This document shows positions 8,548 through 19,499 of a DNA stretch of 64,000 bases, in pieces. Below the pieces are notes generated by a model. That model ran no database searches. It was not told where the DNA came from and saw only the letters and a list, made by a program, of their open reading frames with translations. A program made the position numbers and the translations under genes. Source of the DNA: an uncultured virus (IMG/VR IMGVR_UViG_2599185107_000001). Lineage: Duplodnaviria > Heunggongvirae > Uroviricota > Caudoviricetes. Location: positions 1-64,000 of the IMG/VR virus record IMGVR_UViG_2599185107_000001. One strand, written 5' to 3'. The number at the start of each line of letters is the position of its first letter. The stretch's first letter is position 1.

Positions 8548-8585
8548 AAGAACACCCACCCCTATCGGGGGTGGGTGTTTTCTTT
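8548..8585. terminator. Bidirectional terminator
   Basis: AACACCCACCCC...GGGGTGGGTGTT between convergent genes. Confidence 0.7.
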
Positions 8586-9026
8586 GGTCTCCCACATCGC
8601 CACGTTGGCGGCGCGGCGGGTAATCAGGCCGGGCAGCTTTCGGCTCTTGCCGTTGACCTGGCCGTACACCCAGCGCGGCAGCTCTGCAGACACTGCCGTG
8701 TAGTTGCCAGAGTTCAGCAGACGCAGCAAGGTTGAGGTACGCAAGCGCTCTGCGCCCAAGTTGAACACGAAATCCACGAGGGCGGCCTCCTGCTGCGCTG
8801 TGAGGGGCACGCGCACGTGCTTCCTTACGCCGGCCAAGGCCTTCGCGAGGTCGGCCTCTAGCAGCGCATCAGCGCGCTCCTGAGTGATCGTCAGTCCGGG
8901 AGTCACGTCCGAGCCGGTGTGGCCGTATCCGATGGTCAGCTTACCAGCTGGGCATACGTAGGCCCGAAGGCGCAAACCCTCACTCAACTTGGTGAGCGGG
9001 GTTGCGATGCGGATGGATTCGCTCAA
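8562..9026 (-). CDS. Endolysin, GH24 lysozyme
   Basis: SEGLRLRAYVCPAGKLTIGYGHT, ALVDFVFNLG, LPGLITRR; TTG start overlaps the upstream stop. Confidence 0.92.
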   Translation of the reverse strand: MSESIRIATPLTKLSEGLRLRAYVCPAGKLTIGYGHTGSDVTPGLTITQERADALLEADLAKALAGVRKHVRVPLTAQQEAALVDFVFNLGAERLRTSTLLRLLNSGNYTAVSAELPRWVYGQVNGKSRKLPGLITRRAANVAMWETKENTHPR

Positions 9027-9175
9027 CGGACCTGCTTGCGCGGCTTGGTGCCAGTGGAACCGCCGCCACCGACAGGTGCGCCGGTCGCGGCCGATGCCTT
9101 CGCTTTGCGAATGCGGTTGCGGATGAAGAGGCCGAACGCCAAGAAGACGGCAGCAGTGATGAAGAACTCGGTCAT
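9023..9175 (-). CDS. Small membrane-anchored basic protein (50 aa)
   Basis: MTEFFITAAVFLAFGLFIRNRIRK...; AAGGA RBS. Confidence 0.6.
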   Translation of the reverse strand: MTEFFITAAVFLAFGLFIRNRIRKAKASAATGAPVGGGGSTGTKPRKQVR

Positions 9176-9189
9176 GGGTATTTCCTTTG

Positions 9190-10869
9190 TCAGTAGTTGT
9201 CGTAGAAGTTCGCCTCGTCCACCGCACGGCCAGTGACCGATTGGATGAAGTCGAGGTAGTCCTGCTCTTGCAGTTCCTCCATGCGGCGCGACTCTTCGTC
9301 CTCGACATTGCGTGCGAGCTGGTCGGCCCAGTACGCAAGCGCCATGGCGAGCGGTTCCACGCGGTCGTCGTGTTTGACGGCGCCGCGGTCGCGGGTCATT
9401 CGGGAAAGTTGGTGGAACAGCTGGTAGTGGTGGTTCTCGGTGTCCGCGTCAGCGCGGATCACGGCTTTGTCCACTACCAGACGATGCTGATTCAGCACCG
9501 GCTCGATGGTGTCGCAGATGCGGCGCTCCTTCTGCGTCGAGTGCTTGATTTCCTCGACAGAGCACGGGTATATCCGCTTAAGGACTGGCTCAAACAGCTT
9601 GTTGAACATGCCGTCGCCAAAGTTGGATTCGACGAGGATCAGCTGGACCTTCTCGACCCGCGCGATATGCGCCAAGCCCTCCAGCGTTGAATCCTCGTAG
9701 CCGCCCTTGAAGCCGCCCGAGCGACGCAGGTAAATCATGCCGCGGAGAACCTTGGTGACGCAGTAGCCCGTCTCGTCGCCGCCGCGACCCGAGGGGTCAA
9801 CGGTCATCAGCGAGCCGGTGAACTCCTCCATCTCAGGAGCCACGTACATCGGCTGGTGCCAGCGGTCGCCCGAGAAACCCACGGAGGGCAACTCCTCGAC
9901 CACCTGCTGTTTACCAGAGGACCACACGACGCGGATCGGCGCGACCTCGCGGTCAACGTCCATGACGATGAAGTCCGACAGCTTGAGCGGATACTTCTCG
10001 GCGTCAGACAGCGTGGTGTCCAGCATGAACTGCAGAGCGAAGCCGGCTCGCCCGTAGGACGCCTCGCGCTCCATCAGGTCCTTCTCGTCGAATCGCTTGG
10101 AGTCGGTCGGTGTCCAGGCGAGTGCCTGGTTGTCGTCGAACGCCGCCGCGATCATCGGAGCGAGCATCGCGCCATAGGCGACGCGCTGCTTCATGTCCTT
10201 CGGGAAACGTGCGGGCCAGATGCGGATGTCATATCCGCGTTCCGGCAGCTTGTTGTAGAGCGACTCTTCGGTCTGAGGCGTACCCAGGTAGATCACCTGG
10301 CCGCCTGGCTTCAGCACCGCGTCGAACTCTTTGATAAGTTCTGCGAGCTTCTCGCGCTGCACGATGGTCTGTGAGTTCTTCACGACCTCGATGTCATCGG
10401 GGATGATCGTATTGGCGCGCGAGCCGGTCAGCTGGCCTGTGATGCCCACCGACTTTACCGAAGGCGATTGGTCGGGCAGGGCTGGACCAACGTCGAAGGC
10501 CAGGTTCGAGTTGCGCTGGTCACCGCGCGGGCGCAGGTGCGACAGCGGCTCGAAGGTCTCGATGATCTGCTTGACGAACACCGAGAAGGCGTCAGCGCGT
10601 TCCTTGCTCGCCGAGACGACCATGATTTTGTGTTGCGGATCTTTCCAGAGAAGCCAGCACACGTATCCGGCTGTGAGGAACGACTTGCCGACGCCTCGGA
10701 ACGCCTGGACCATTCGACGCCTTGGCCCATGCTGCAGGTACGAACAGATGTCGTACTGCACGGGCGTTGGCGAAGGCAGGGCCAGGTGCGTCCAGAGGTC
10801 GAACGCGAAGTTGCGGAAGTCCTCCCAGGGATGGATGACGTGCAGGGAGGTGATCCCTGACGCCTCCAT
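9190..10869 (-). CDS. Terminase large subunit (T7 gp19-like)
   Basis: AFRGVGKS Walker A; DPSGRGGDETG; HDDR. Confidence 0.97.
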   Translation of the reverse strand: MEASGITSLHVIHPWEDFRNFAFDLWTHLALPSPTPVQYDICSYLQHGPRRRMVQAFRGVGKSFLTAGYVCWLLWKDPQHKIMVVSASKERADAFSVFVKQIIETFEPLSHLRPRGDQRNSNLAFDVGPALPDQSPSVKSVGITGQLTGSRANTIIPDDIEVVKNSQTIVQREKLAELIKEFDAVLKPGGQVIYLGTPQTEESLYNKLPERGYDIRIWPARFPKDMKQRVAYGAMLAPMIAAAFDDNQALAWTPTDSKRFDEKDLMEREASYGRAGFALQFMLDTTLSDAEKYPLKLSDFIVMDVDREVAPIRVVWSSGKQQVVEELPSVGFSGDRWHQPMYVAPEMEEFTGSLMTVDPSGRGGDETGYCVTKVLRGMIYLRRSGGFKGGYEDSTLEGLAHIARVEKVQLILVESNFGDGMFNKLFEPVLKRIYPCSVEEIKHSTQKERRICDTIEPVLNQHRLVVDKAVIRADADTENHHYQLFHQLSRMTRDRGAVKHDDRVEPLAMALAYWADQLARNVEDEESRRMEELQEQDYLDFIQSVTGRAVDEANFYDNY

Positions 10870-11114
10870 TAGTGGTGCTTCAGGCTCTCGGCGGGATCGA
10901 AGGGATGCTTCGAGACTGCCTCGGCTACCTTGCCAACCGGATTGGTCTCAGTTGCCACGGAGTCGATGCCATTGTCCTTGAGGAATTGGCGGGCCACGTT
11001 CAGTAACGCGGCCAGTCCCTTGTCGCCTGCCTCCATGTTCTCGATGGTGTCGCTCAGCTTGTCAGCGATGGCGCCATGCAGGCGCTCCATCGAATCCTTG
11101 CTGGCCTTGCTCAT
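10869..11114 (-). CDS. Terminase small subunit (gp18-like)
   Basis: AALLNVARQFLKDNGI; directly upstream of TerL. Confidence 0.88.
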   Translation of the reverse strand: MSKASKDSMERLHGAIADKLSDTIENMEAGDKGLAALLNVARQFLKDNGIDSVATETNPVGKVAEAVSKHPFDPAESLKHH

Positions 11115-11383
11115 TTCTTCAGGTACTTGTTGAAGACCGCCTCCAGGGCGGAGGTGCCGAGTGAGGAGAACACGCAGGCGATTCCGACAATTGCGGCGGT
11201 GCCGATGCCAGGGATCAATACGAGGACGCCGGCCGACGCCACTCCAAGGCCAGCGTGCAGGAGGGCACGACCGATCACCTGGCGAGGCTTGAGGGGTTCG
11301 TCGGAGACAAGCAATTTTGCGATGCCGATCAGCGCTCCGACAGCACCGAGGGTGCCGAGGAGCGTAAGCTCTTCTTTGTTCAA
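11111..11383 (-). CDS. Holin
   Basis: 90 aa with three hydrophobic segments and a basic C-terminus; between tail genes and TerS. Confidence 0.8.
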   Translation of the reverse strand: MNKEELTLLGTLGAVGALIGIAKLLVSDEPLKPRQVIGRALLHAGLGVASAGVLVLIPGIGTAAIVGIACVFSSLGTSALEAVFNKYLKK

Positions 11384-11390
11384 GGGTTCC

Positions 11391-11846
11391 TTACACAGTG
11401 TTGAAGTAGTCGTAGTAATTCGTCGCGTAGGCGGTAGTGCTGCTCTGTCCGTCACTGACGGTGCATCCCACAGTGACGCTTCCGCCTTGATTTAGCGTGG
11501 CGGTGACGCTTACATCGCAGTGCGGCCCAGATTGGCTGAGCGATACATTTGACACTTGGCTAGAACTGCTCACGAACCAGGAGTAGCTGAGGTTCCCGTT
11601 TCCGCCTGCGGTGTAGACAGTCGCGCGTGCTCCCAGCTGCCGGGTCATGGGTGTGCGGCTATTGCCGTTGTTGTACTGAGCGGAGCTTCCAGTGGCATTG
11701 CTGGAGAGGGGGGTGTAGTTGGTCCATACGGTCACCCAGCCGCCGTTCTCTCGGCGCCTGACGAACTGAGCATTTCGCCAGCCGCCGTTCTGACGAATGC
11801 GAGGCGTAGCATCCGCCCATCCGCTGTTCTGGCGTCTACGAAACAC
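11391..11846 (-). CDS. Tail-fibre-associated or receptor-binding protein
   Basis: Three N-terminal R..NGGW-type repeats, then a beta-rich Ig-like region; follows the fibre gene. Confidence 0.65.
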   Translation of the reverse strand: MFRRRQNSGWADATPRIRQNGGWRNAQFVRRRENGGWVTVWTNYTPLSSNATGSSAQYNNGNSRTPMTRQLGARATVYTAGGNGNLSYSWFVSSSSQVSNVSLSQSGPHCDVSVTATLNQGGSVTVGCTVSDGQSSTTAYATNYYDYFNTV

Positions 11847-11849
11847 GGT

Positions 11850-13828
11850 TCACCAGATCCACAGATCGCCATCCTGTGCTGTCCCGCCAGGGTCGCCGGG
11901 GCTTACGAAGGTACGTGCCTGTCGAATCCAGGCCGTGCCGCCTAAATTGAGCTGATAGAGTTCGGCCGTGGTGCGGAATCGGCCATTGCACTGAATGCCG
12001 TAGTCGCCGTCGTTTACCAAGTTCTCGGCGCCATCACCGACGTATATGCGTCGATGCCTGATGGCCCCAGAGTCGTCCTCGGTTGGAATATGCCGCTGTA
12101 GCCCTGTGTTACTCATGAGACGCATCGGACGGTTGCCCGGACTGCCGTCCGAGTTTCCACCCAGGAATCCGAGCGAAATGGCATCTGAGCCCGACCGGTG
12201 GAAGCTTATAGACGGCGCGGTTCCGCCTTGGGGCGTCCTCAGTTCGATATGCGACCCGCCAAAGGTGCCGGAGTCCCAAGTGCCTGACTTCTCCACCCCG
12301 ATCCGACCGGAAATCCACCCTCCGCTGGCGTTGAATTTGAGGTCCGGGTTGAAGTTCCCCGGTAATCCCCCCGCCCATTAGCAGACGCCAGAAGTGGAAT
12401 TTTCTCGTATCCTTTCTCGAGGAGGTTCCATGAAGAAGTCCCGCTTTACCGACAGCCAGATCATCGCCGTGCNAATATGGCGCTCGGCGGCATCACGCCT
12501 GCCATGAAGTTGGCGATGGCCGCTTAGCTCCACTTCTGGCGACCGCTAGAAGTGGGGGGATTACCCCCCGAGTTCCACAGTGTCTGCCAAGTGGTGCCCT
12601 TGTCACGACTCATCAAGCCATCGAAACGCAGCAACATGTTTCCGCCATTGCTGCTGCCAACCTGGAGCGTGCCATCTCCTACGACAGGCAGTCCGGTGAA
12701 CACAGGCGAGACCCTTGGAGCCTTCGCATCCAAGGCCGCTTGCTGTGCAGAACTGATCGGCTTGTTTGCGTCGCTCGTGTTGTCGACGTTCGACAGGCCA
12801 ACGTCGCCCTTGGTGTGCGTGTGAGTGCTCGGTGGGTAGCTGGTCGGTTTGTTCGCGACATGACTGTTGAAGTCCACGGTGTCGCGCGTCGCCAGCGCAC
12901 CCAGCCCGGATACGTCTCCGGGCACGAGCTGGACCGCACCGGACTTTCCCGCCACCGATGTGACCTGTTCGGTGTTGTCGATGTGGTCCCAGCCGGCCCC
13001 GTTGCTCACGATCTGGTCGCCGGGGTTGTATTGCCGGGCGTCGACGAAGCCACCGACGGTGACCTTGTAGAACGCCCCCGTGTTGCCGCCTTGCGGGAAC
13101 GAGCCGGTGCTTGCGTCCCAGCCGCCGCGGTAGATTAGCGTGCCAGTAAGTGACGCCCTGGCTTGTTCAGACCAGTGCTTCGCTGAGTAGGCTCCCGGTT
13201 CAAGCTCGGTGCCTGCCGGTGCGTTGGCCCAAGCCTGGGCTTGGTCACTCCAATCTTCCGCCTGGTGTGCGTAAGAGGCGGCCTGATCCTCGCTGGACGC
13301 CGCCGCGCTCGCTGAGGCCACCGCATTGGACTTGGAGTTTGCAGCTTGGATCGCATCGGCGTCGGCATCAGCTGCGCTGGCGGATGCCGCCTTCTCGTGC
13401 AGTCCAGCCGATTGATTGCTTAACGCGGACTCGGTTGCACTTGCGGCGCTTGCAGTTGCACTTTCAGCTGCCGCTTCGGCCCGAGCTGTCGCGTCTTTAA
13501 GACGCTCGGCGGTATCCTCTGCACTCGCCTGTGCATCGTTGGCCGAAGCCTGAGCACCCTCAGCGTACAGACGTGCCATGCTGGCAAAGTCAGAGGCGCC
13601 AGCGACGGCGCCCGTCAGTTCATCCACCAGATCCGAGACGTCCGCGTAGAGCTGAGGGAAGGACGGCAGGACGCGATCCTTGCCGAGACCGTCAGTGACC
13701 GTCACGTCTCCTTCCGGTTGAGTCAGTAGCGCGATCATCTGGTTCTCGCGCGTGTTCCAGCGATCCACCAATGCCGAGATGCGTTCTGCAAGTTTGGCGT
13801 TGGAGACGTAACCTGGTGTTTCTGCCAT
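11850..13828 (-). pseudogene. Tail fibre interrupted by an IS (589 aa when rejoined)
   Basis: Removing 12361-12565 plus one CCCC fuses ...LWNSG to NFNPDLKF...DGDLWIW in frame. Confidence 0.88.
12361..12565 (+). mobile_element. IS3-family element (IS1404-like), collapsed at an assembly gap (N at 12473)
   Basis: Terminal IRs GGTAATCCCCCC / GGGGGGATTACC; CCCC target duplication; orfA start [14 protein letters not shown]. Confidence 0.88.
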
Positions 13829-13838
13829 TGATTCCTTG

Positions 13839-15872
13839 TTATCGAAGCCCTTGGATGAATCCACGGACCTTGGTGATGATTAGACGGTCACCGCGCGAAG
13901 AATCGGCGATGGCCACACGGTAGGTTGCTTCCGCTGTTGTCGGGTCTCCGACGTAGTTGAGCGCATGGTTGAACTTGTGGCCTGAGCCTTGAATGATGAA
14001 ATAGGTATCTACCGTCACCCAAGCCGCACCGACCAGCTTCTGGATGTAGATGAATGCACGCCCGTTGTCCGACGACGCATGGTCCACGCCTGCGCTTAGT
14101 ACGATTAACGGAATGTGCGATTCACCTAGTAGTACAGGGGCCGGCAGCGTGAAGTTCACGATCCCTGTGTTGTTGTTCATCGACACCGAGCCGGTCCAAT
14201 CTACTGGTGCCAGGCGATTGAAATTGCCGACGATGTTCGGCGCCGACACTCTGCCTTTAAAGCCTGCGTTGCCTGTCCGGTCTACCCAGAAAACTGCATT
14301 GTTCTCGTTCTTGTCTCCTGCGCCAACCCAGATAGGCCATGTGCCTACGTTGGACACCTCAACGCGAAATTCGCCGTAGTCCAGGACGTTACCGCTCCCG
14401 TCAAGCGTGTGGGTCTTGAAGGTGCCCCCGTTGACGGTCCCCAGGTTGGCGGTGATAGATGACAGGGAGTTCGCCCAAATCTTACCGGCAGTGATCGAGC
14501 CGTCCACCAGCAGCTGACCGTTGATGCCCACAGTGCTCAGCCCACCCACGGTCCCGACCACAAAGGGAAACTTCCGGCCTGCATATCCTGCAGTTGGCGT
14601 TGTAATTCCAAAGAGGTCCGACTGAACCACAAACGCTGAGCCGGTGGGTGTAGCGCTCAGTGCCAGACCGGCTACGACAGGGTTGTTCGGATCGCCACCG
14701 TTGATGCGGAGGGACCATGTACCTGACCACTTAGCGTCGTTTGCATCTACGTAGGCCTTGTAAGACTGTTGCAGGGCCGCGAACGTTCCGTTGGCGAATG
14801 CGGCAACAGAGGTGGTCGCGATGCTTTCGGCTTGGGCCGGGGTTGCCTTGGTGTCGATCTGCTGTTTCACCGCGGCTGCAACTGAGGCCCCGGTAGCACC
14901 TGGCGAGCCATACTGCGCAGCGAACATTTGGCGCCATTCAGTGCTTGCCTGTGCGCTATTCGTGACCACTTCTAGGGATTCGTTGGTAGCAGCGATGGCC
15001 CCGTCATGAGTCGCTAACCGACCTTCAGCAGTGGAAACGCGCGACTCGACCTCGTTGACCACGACTTCCACCTTTTCGACCGCCTGGGCGACCAGCGTTC
15101 CGGTCTCCGTAGTGATCTGTGCATGCATGTCGGTCATCGATTGAACGCGTGCTTCCCTCTCAGTGGCGACAGAGCGATTCACCTGCTCAAAGCTCGCGGT
15201 TACATCTGCCTCGTTCTTCGTCATGCGCGCAAGCAGCGTAGTGATCTGCTCGGCGGTGACTTTGTCGCCATCCTCGATCAAAGCGATACGAGTGGATGCC
15301 TCAGAGATGCGGTCACCGTAGTCGCGCTTTGTATCGAAGAACTCATTGGACCGCAGGAGTTCCTGCATGATGAGTTCGGCGTTCGCGTCAATCTCAGGAA
15401 TGCGTTCTTGGAGAATTTGATAGGCAGGCGACTGGACCAGTTGGTCAACAATTGTCTGTATATCCGGGATATTTCCACCGCCGCCACCTGGAAGGCCGCT
15501 GCCGGGCACACCGCCCCCGCCGATTCCGAACTCAGCTACCTCCTGTTGCACGAAGAGGAGTTGACGAATTGCGGTATTTAGCTGGTCGGCTGGAAGTTGT
15601 GCAGCATCCTGGAAGTTGACTGCTTGCTCCGCGAAGGGAGTTACGCGGCGCAGTAGGACGCTATAGGGCGTCTGCAAGTACTCGGATTGATCAGGAATCT
15701 CGATTGTGGTTGAGTTGATCCATGTCGCAAGAACGGAGCGTGGCGATTTAGGATCGCCGACAAGCACCCGCACGTGTTCTGGCTTGAGGCGCGGAAATGT
15801 GCAGGTGAAGCGCCGCGGCCCGCCTTCGTAGGTGTAAGCCACGAAAGACAGGCCTCGGTTTTGTTCAATCAT
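13839..15872 (-). CDS. Tail fibre or adaptor protein
   Basis: gp17-like N-terminal anchor, coiled coil, and a C-terminal region like lambda-J-type tips (VAGLALSA...FVVQSDLF). Confidence 0.8.
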   Translation of the reverse strand: MIEQNRGLSFVAYTYEGGPRRFTCTFPRLKPEHVRVLVGDPKSPRSVLATWINSTTIEIPDQSEYLQTPYSVLLRRVTPFAEQAVNFQDAAQLPADQLNTAIRQLLFVQQEVAEFGIGGGGVPGSGLPGGGGGNIPDIQTIVDQLVQSPAYQILQERIPEIDANAELIMQELLRSNEFFDTKRDYGDRISEASTRIALIEDGDKVTAEQITTLLARMTKNEADVTASFEQVNRSVATEREARVQSMTDMHAQITTETGTLVAQAVEKVEVVVNEVESRVSTAEGRLATHDGAIAATNESLEVVTNSAQASTEWRQMFAAQYGSPGATGASVAAAVKQQIDTKATPAQAESIATTSVAAFANGTFAALQQSYKAYVDANDAKWSGTWSLRINGGDPNNPVVAGLALSATPTGSAFVVQSDLFGITTPTAGYAGRKFPFVVGTVGGLSTVGINGQLLVDGSITAGKIWANSLSSITANLGTVNGGTFKTHTLDGSGNVLDYGEFRVEVSNVGTWPIWVGAGDKNENNAVFWVDRTGNAGFKGRVSAPNIVGNFNRLAPVDWTGSVSMNNNTGIVNFTLPAPVLLGESHIPLIVLSAGVDHASSDNGRAFIYIQKLVGAAWVTVDTYFIIQGSGHKFNHALNYVGDPTTAEATYRVAIADSSRGDRLIITKVRGFIQGLR

Positions 15873-18800
15873 TCAGTATCCAGGCCAAAGAGGGATTTTG
15901 CGGTCCAAGAATCTTTTTGCTCGTTTCGGTCTTCGCGGCGTGCGTTAGCTTCACCGGAGCCGTCGCTCAGCCAGCCGTTAGTCTCTGCTTCCTTAAGTGC
16001 CATACGCTGGATGTTTTGCCACCCTGTGAGATTCTGGAACCAGAACAGCTTGGCTGCGTTCTCCAGTTCCTTCCGGGTCACTTCGCGATCATCTCGGATC
16101 GCCTGAGCCGGGAGCGAGGACGCTTCCATTACACGGTTGGCGAAGTCGACGACTGGAATGCCACCCACGATGTTCGTGGACATGCCAGTTGAGCGGGCGT
16201 TGGCGAACACCGGGTCTTGACCCATTAGGGGCAATGCGGTGTCGACGATGGGCTGGATGACTCCGCCCCAGGAGGACTGCGATACGCCCGCAGCAACGAA
16301 GTTACCCATAGTGAGCTGCTTCTCGCGCTTTCCTGGGTCGTCAGCAGTGTTGAGAGAAGTACGCGCGGCCCACTGTAAGGCTGCGATGGAGCTGGAGAGC
16401 ATGACCATCATGTAGGTGTTCCAGTCCTTCCAGTGGTAGGCGGAGTTCAGCAAATGCCGCTCATAGCTGTAGGCCATGAACGAACGAAACTGAGTGACTA
16501 GCTTCCCGCCTGCCGAGTGCATCAGCATGATGGAGTCGCTGGCGTCACCTTCGATCACCTGCTGGCGCGTGACGCGGAACATGAAGGCTGCCACTCGCTC
16601 CCGGTCTGCTAGATTCAGGCCGGCCTCGGTGATGTCTTCGACCTTCTTGATGCCCCGGAGAGATGCGAATAGTGCGTCCTGGGCCTCTTGGTCGAGTCCG
16701 TAGGAGCGCATTCGGCGCGTCATTCCTTCCGACAGGGCGCGCTTGTCGTTCGCCAGTTGAAGCAGCTTCATCAGCGTGGCCCGCCCCGCGATACGCTGCA
16801 GTGCGGTGTTCATTGGAGCCATACCCGAGGCGATGCTCGTGAAACGCTGGCCGAGCATTGTTGCGTTCTCCATGGCCCTGCCGAACTTGCTGTCTCCGTA
16901 GACCGACGGCATGAAGGCGTCATCTTCGATCCGCATGAATGCAGGACTGCGGAGATGCTCTGTGCCAGTCGCAACGAGGTCTTCGATGTAGCGGGCCTCG
17001 CCGGACTTCAGGGTTCCGTCGGCGCCGCGGCGAAGAAAATCACCAATGAAAGCTATGGACCTGGCAGTGTTCATCAGGCCGGCATGTGCGACGGTGGGGC
17101 CAAGCTCGGTGAAGAGCGTGAAGCCCACCTGGTTCATCACTCGGAGAAACTGTGTGTCACGTAATGCGCGCGACCAGCGCGATGCCGTGCTATTCGGGTT
17201 GACCTCAGTGGAACGGCCCATGATCGACTTGACGCCAACGTCCAGCATCCGAAGGGTCTTCTCGGGATCATCGCCTGCTTTGATGGCCTGCTCGCGAAGG
17301 AGCTGCTGGAGCGCGTCCAGCTCCGCCCTGTTGCGGATGTTTCCCTTCTGCGCTAGCGCGGACCAGCCGACGACTTCACGGATGTGTGAGGACACGATGC
17401 GGGTGGTGTCGCTGTCGAGGAAGTCGGTGACTTTGAGAGTCACATCGTCCCCGTAGCGGTTCGTGAAAGTCATCTCGGTGTTCGGGTCGAACCGGATACG
17501 TTTCCTCGCGGCTCCGACCTTGGCGCCTTCGTGCATCTGAGCGGTGTACCTGCCGAGCACTGAAGCAATCTTCGCGTCGCTCGCTCCTGCATCTCGCAGG
17601 GCATCTGTGAGTTCTTGCACCGATTCAGTGTTGAGCGGACGCACGGGTGCGCCAGTGTCACCAGTGACCAAGCCGGAGCCGCGTTTGATGAGTGCGCGGG
17701 CGTACAGCTCTGCCAGCTCCTCGTCTACGCCGCCGTCGTCGGCGAGCTTCTTGGCTTCATTCCTAGCGTGTAGCGTCTTCTGTTCGTGCTCCAGCGCATT
17801 CTTGAGGCCAGCCTTAGCCTTCTCCAGACGTTCGTCATGGCGCTGCAGCTTGCGACGGGTGTCTTCAAGACGGCGCTGAGCTGCGGTGCGGCGACGGTCG
17901 CCCTGCTTGCCAGGCATGCCCTCCAGTTCCTTCAGCGACTCTTCGGCGGCACGCACAGCAGCCTGCTTGTCGGCAGTCAGTGTGCCCAGGTCATCGGCCT
18001 TCTCGCGCGCCCGGAGGGCACGGTCGGAGGTCCCGTTATAGTCGCCGGCAATCTCGTCGAACTTCTCCAGCTTGGACGCATCGCCGTTCTTGCGCATGTC
18101 GGAGATGATGGCCTGCTTGAAAATCTCGACCCCGTCTTCTTCGCTAAGTCCCATCTCGCCAAAGATGCGCTGGTACGCCTGCTTCGACTGGACCTGGGGG
18201 AAGTAGTCCAGATTCTTGCTGCCTGGCTCCAGAACACCTGAGCGGACACCTAGGTCATAGGTCGCGTCGAGCACCGGCCGAACTGCGGCTGCGGCCTGGT
18301 TGGCGGTTTCGTCGTCGGCCTTTACGCCGCGCAGTGAGTCGGCGACCTTGCGGCTCCATGCCAGCTCACCGCCGCGGTCCCAGCGGGACAGTCCGTGCTT
18401 CGCACGCGCTGCAGTCCAGGCGGCGTTGAAGCCGCGGTGCAGCTGCGTCTCTAGCGTGGCGCGGTTGACGCTGGCGTACTCGCCTGCAGATTGCTTCACA
18501 GCCAAGTCGCGGTCGGTGTAGCCCACGCCGTCGCGGAATAGCCAACGGCCTACACCCCGCGCGGTTGGATCTTTCAGCTTTCCCATCTGCGCCGACAAGG
18601 CAAGGCGGATATTGGCGAAGGCGGGTTGGACGGACAGCTCCTCCACGCCGCGGTCCACATGCGCCTGCATCACATCGGAGAGAGAGCGTTCGGATAGGCC
18701 TGGGGTCGGGTTGTCGGGAAGGCCATTCAAGCGTGCCGCGCCTAGGCTTTGGGATGATCCGGTGATGTCTCTCCTGGCGAGTTCCTCGACCTTCAAGGAT

Positions 18801-19492
18801 TCGGCGAAGTGCTCCCCACGGCGCGCTCCGAGAGCGCTGCCTAACGCAAACCCAGCGGCTGCTGAGATTGCGACATCCGCACTTCCTATTTCAGAGTTGA
18901 ACCTGGAGTTTCCGAGCGTCATCGCTGCATTGGTCGCACCAGCAGCCAAGCCGGCGCGGATAGAATTCGCCAAGCGTCCGGCACGGGCGCTTCGGGCGAG
19001 GCCGCCAGTAGCAGCATCAGCGGCGAAGAACACCGGGTCGGTGATGTCTGACGCGAAGTTTGCGACCATTCCGAAGGACGAACGGGTCTCCTTCACCATC
19101 TCGTTTTGAACGGCAAACTCCCGAAGAAGCTCATAGTGCTCCTGAGAGGTCGCACGGCTGAAAAGCTCCCACTGGTCCGTGCCGATGCCGAAGGTGTCCA
19201 TTTCCTCCTGAAATTTCTCAGGGAGCTTCCACTCTGGATCGGCACGGGAAAGTACTGACTCTTCCTGGAATGCTCGGTGGATCATGCCGATTCCGCCCTG
19301 TACTTGCGAGGCGCCGATCAGCTCACCGAACGGCGTTTCGTCCTTGCGCTTTTGGTCGGCCGCTTCGGCCTCTTTTCGGCGCATGACGCGGGTTACATGC
19401 CCGCCCTCGTTACTGCGCACCGATTCCGCAACAACCTCGTTGAGGTCTTTCGGTTTCGCAGGCGCAGTGAGGTCGAAGATGCTGGTCGGCAT
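15869..19492 (-). CDS. Internal virion protein (gp16 position)
   Basis: 1207 aa; synteny; QFRSF motif. Confidence 0.85.
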   Translation of the reverse strand: MPTSIFDLTAPAKPKDLNEVVAESVRSNEGGHVTRVMRRKEAEAADQKRKDETPFGELIGASQVQGGIGMIHRAFQEESVLSRADPEWKLPEKFQEEMDTFGIGTDQWELFSRATSQEHYELLREFAVQNEMVKETRSSFGMVANFASDITDPVFFAADAATGGLARSARAGRLANSIRAGLAAGATNAAMTLGNSRFNSEIGSADVAISAAAGFALGSALGARRGEHFAESLKVEELARRDITGSSQSLGAARLNGLPDNPTPGLSERSLSDVMQAHVDRGVEELSVQPAFANIRLALSAQMGKLKDPTARGVGRWLFRDGVGYTDRDLAVKQSAGEYASVNRATLETQLHRGFNAAWTAARAKHGLSRWDRGGELAWSRKVADSLRGVKADDETANQAAAAVRPVLDATYDLGVRSGVLEPGSKNLDYFPQVQSKQAYQRIFGEMGLSEEDGVEIFKQAIISDMRKNGDASKLEKFDEIAGDYNGTSDRALRAREKADDLGTLTADKQAAVRAAEESLKELEGMPGKQGDRRRTAAQRRLEDTRRKLQRHDERLEKAKAGLKNALEHEQKTLHARNEAKKLADDGGVDEELAELYARALIKRGSGLVTGDTGAPVRPLNTESVQELTDALRDAGASDAKIASVLGRYTAQMHEGAKVGAARKRIRFDPNTEMTFTNRYGDDVTLKVTDFLDSDTTRIVSSHIREVVGWSALAQKGNIRNRAELDALQQLLREQAIKAGDDPEKTLRMLDVGVKSIMGRSTEVNPNSTASRWSRALRDTQFLRVMNQVGFTLFTELGPTVAHAGLMNTARSIAFIGDFLRRGADGTLKSGEARYIEDLVATGTEHLRSPAFMRIEDDAFMPSVYGDSKFGRAMENATMLGQRFTSIASGMAPMNTALQRIAGRATLMKLLQLANDKRALSEGMTRRMRSYGLDQEAQDALFASLRGIKKVEDITEAGLNLADRERVAAFMFRVTRQQVIEGDASDSIMLMHSAGGKLVTQFRSFMAYSYERHLLNSAYHWKDWNTYMMVMLSSSIAALQWAARTSLNTADDPGKREKQLTMGNFVAAGVSQSSWGGVIQPIVDTALPLMGQDPVFANARSTGMSTNIVGGIPVVDFANRVMEASSLPAQAIRDDREVTRKELENAAKLFWFQNLTGWQNIQRMALKEAETNGWLSDGSGEANARREDRNEQKDSWTAKSLFGLDTE

Positions 19493-19499
19493 TTGATTC

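Noticed and set aside
12361..12565. Apparent 205-bp MITE
   Set aside because: It contains an N joining the orfA start to the orfB end, so it is a collapsed full IS.
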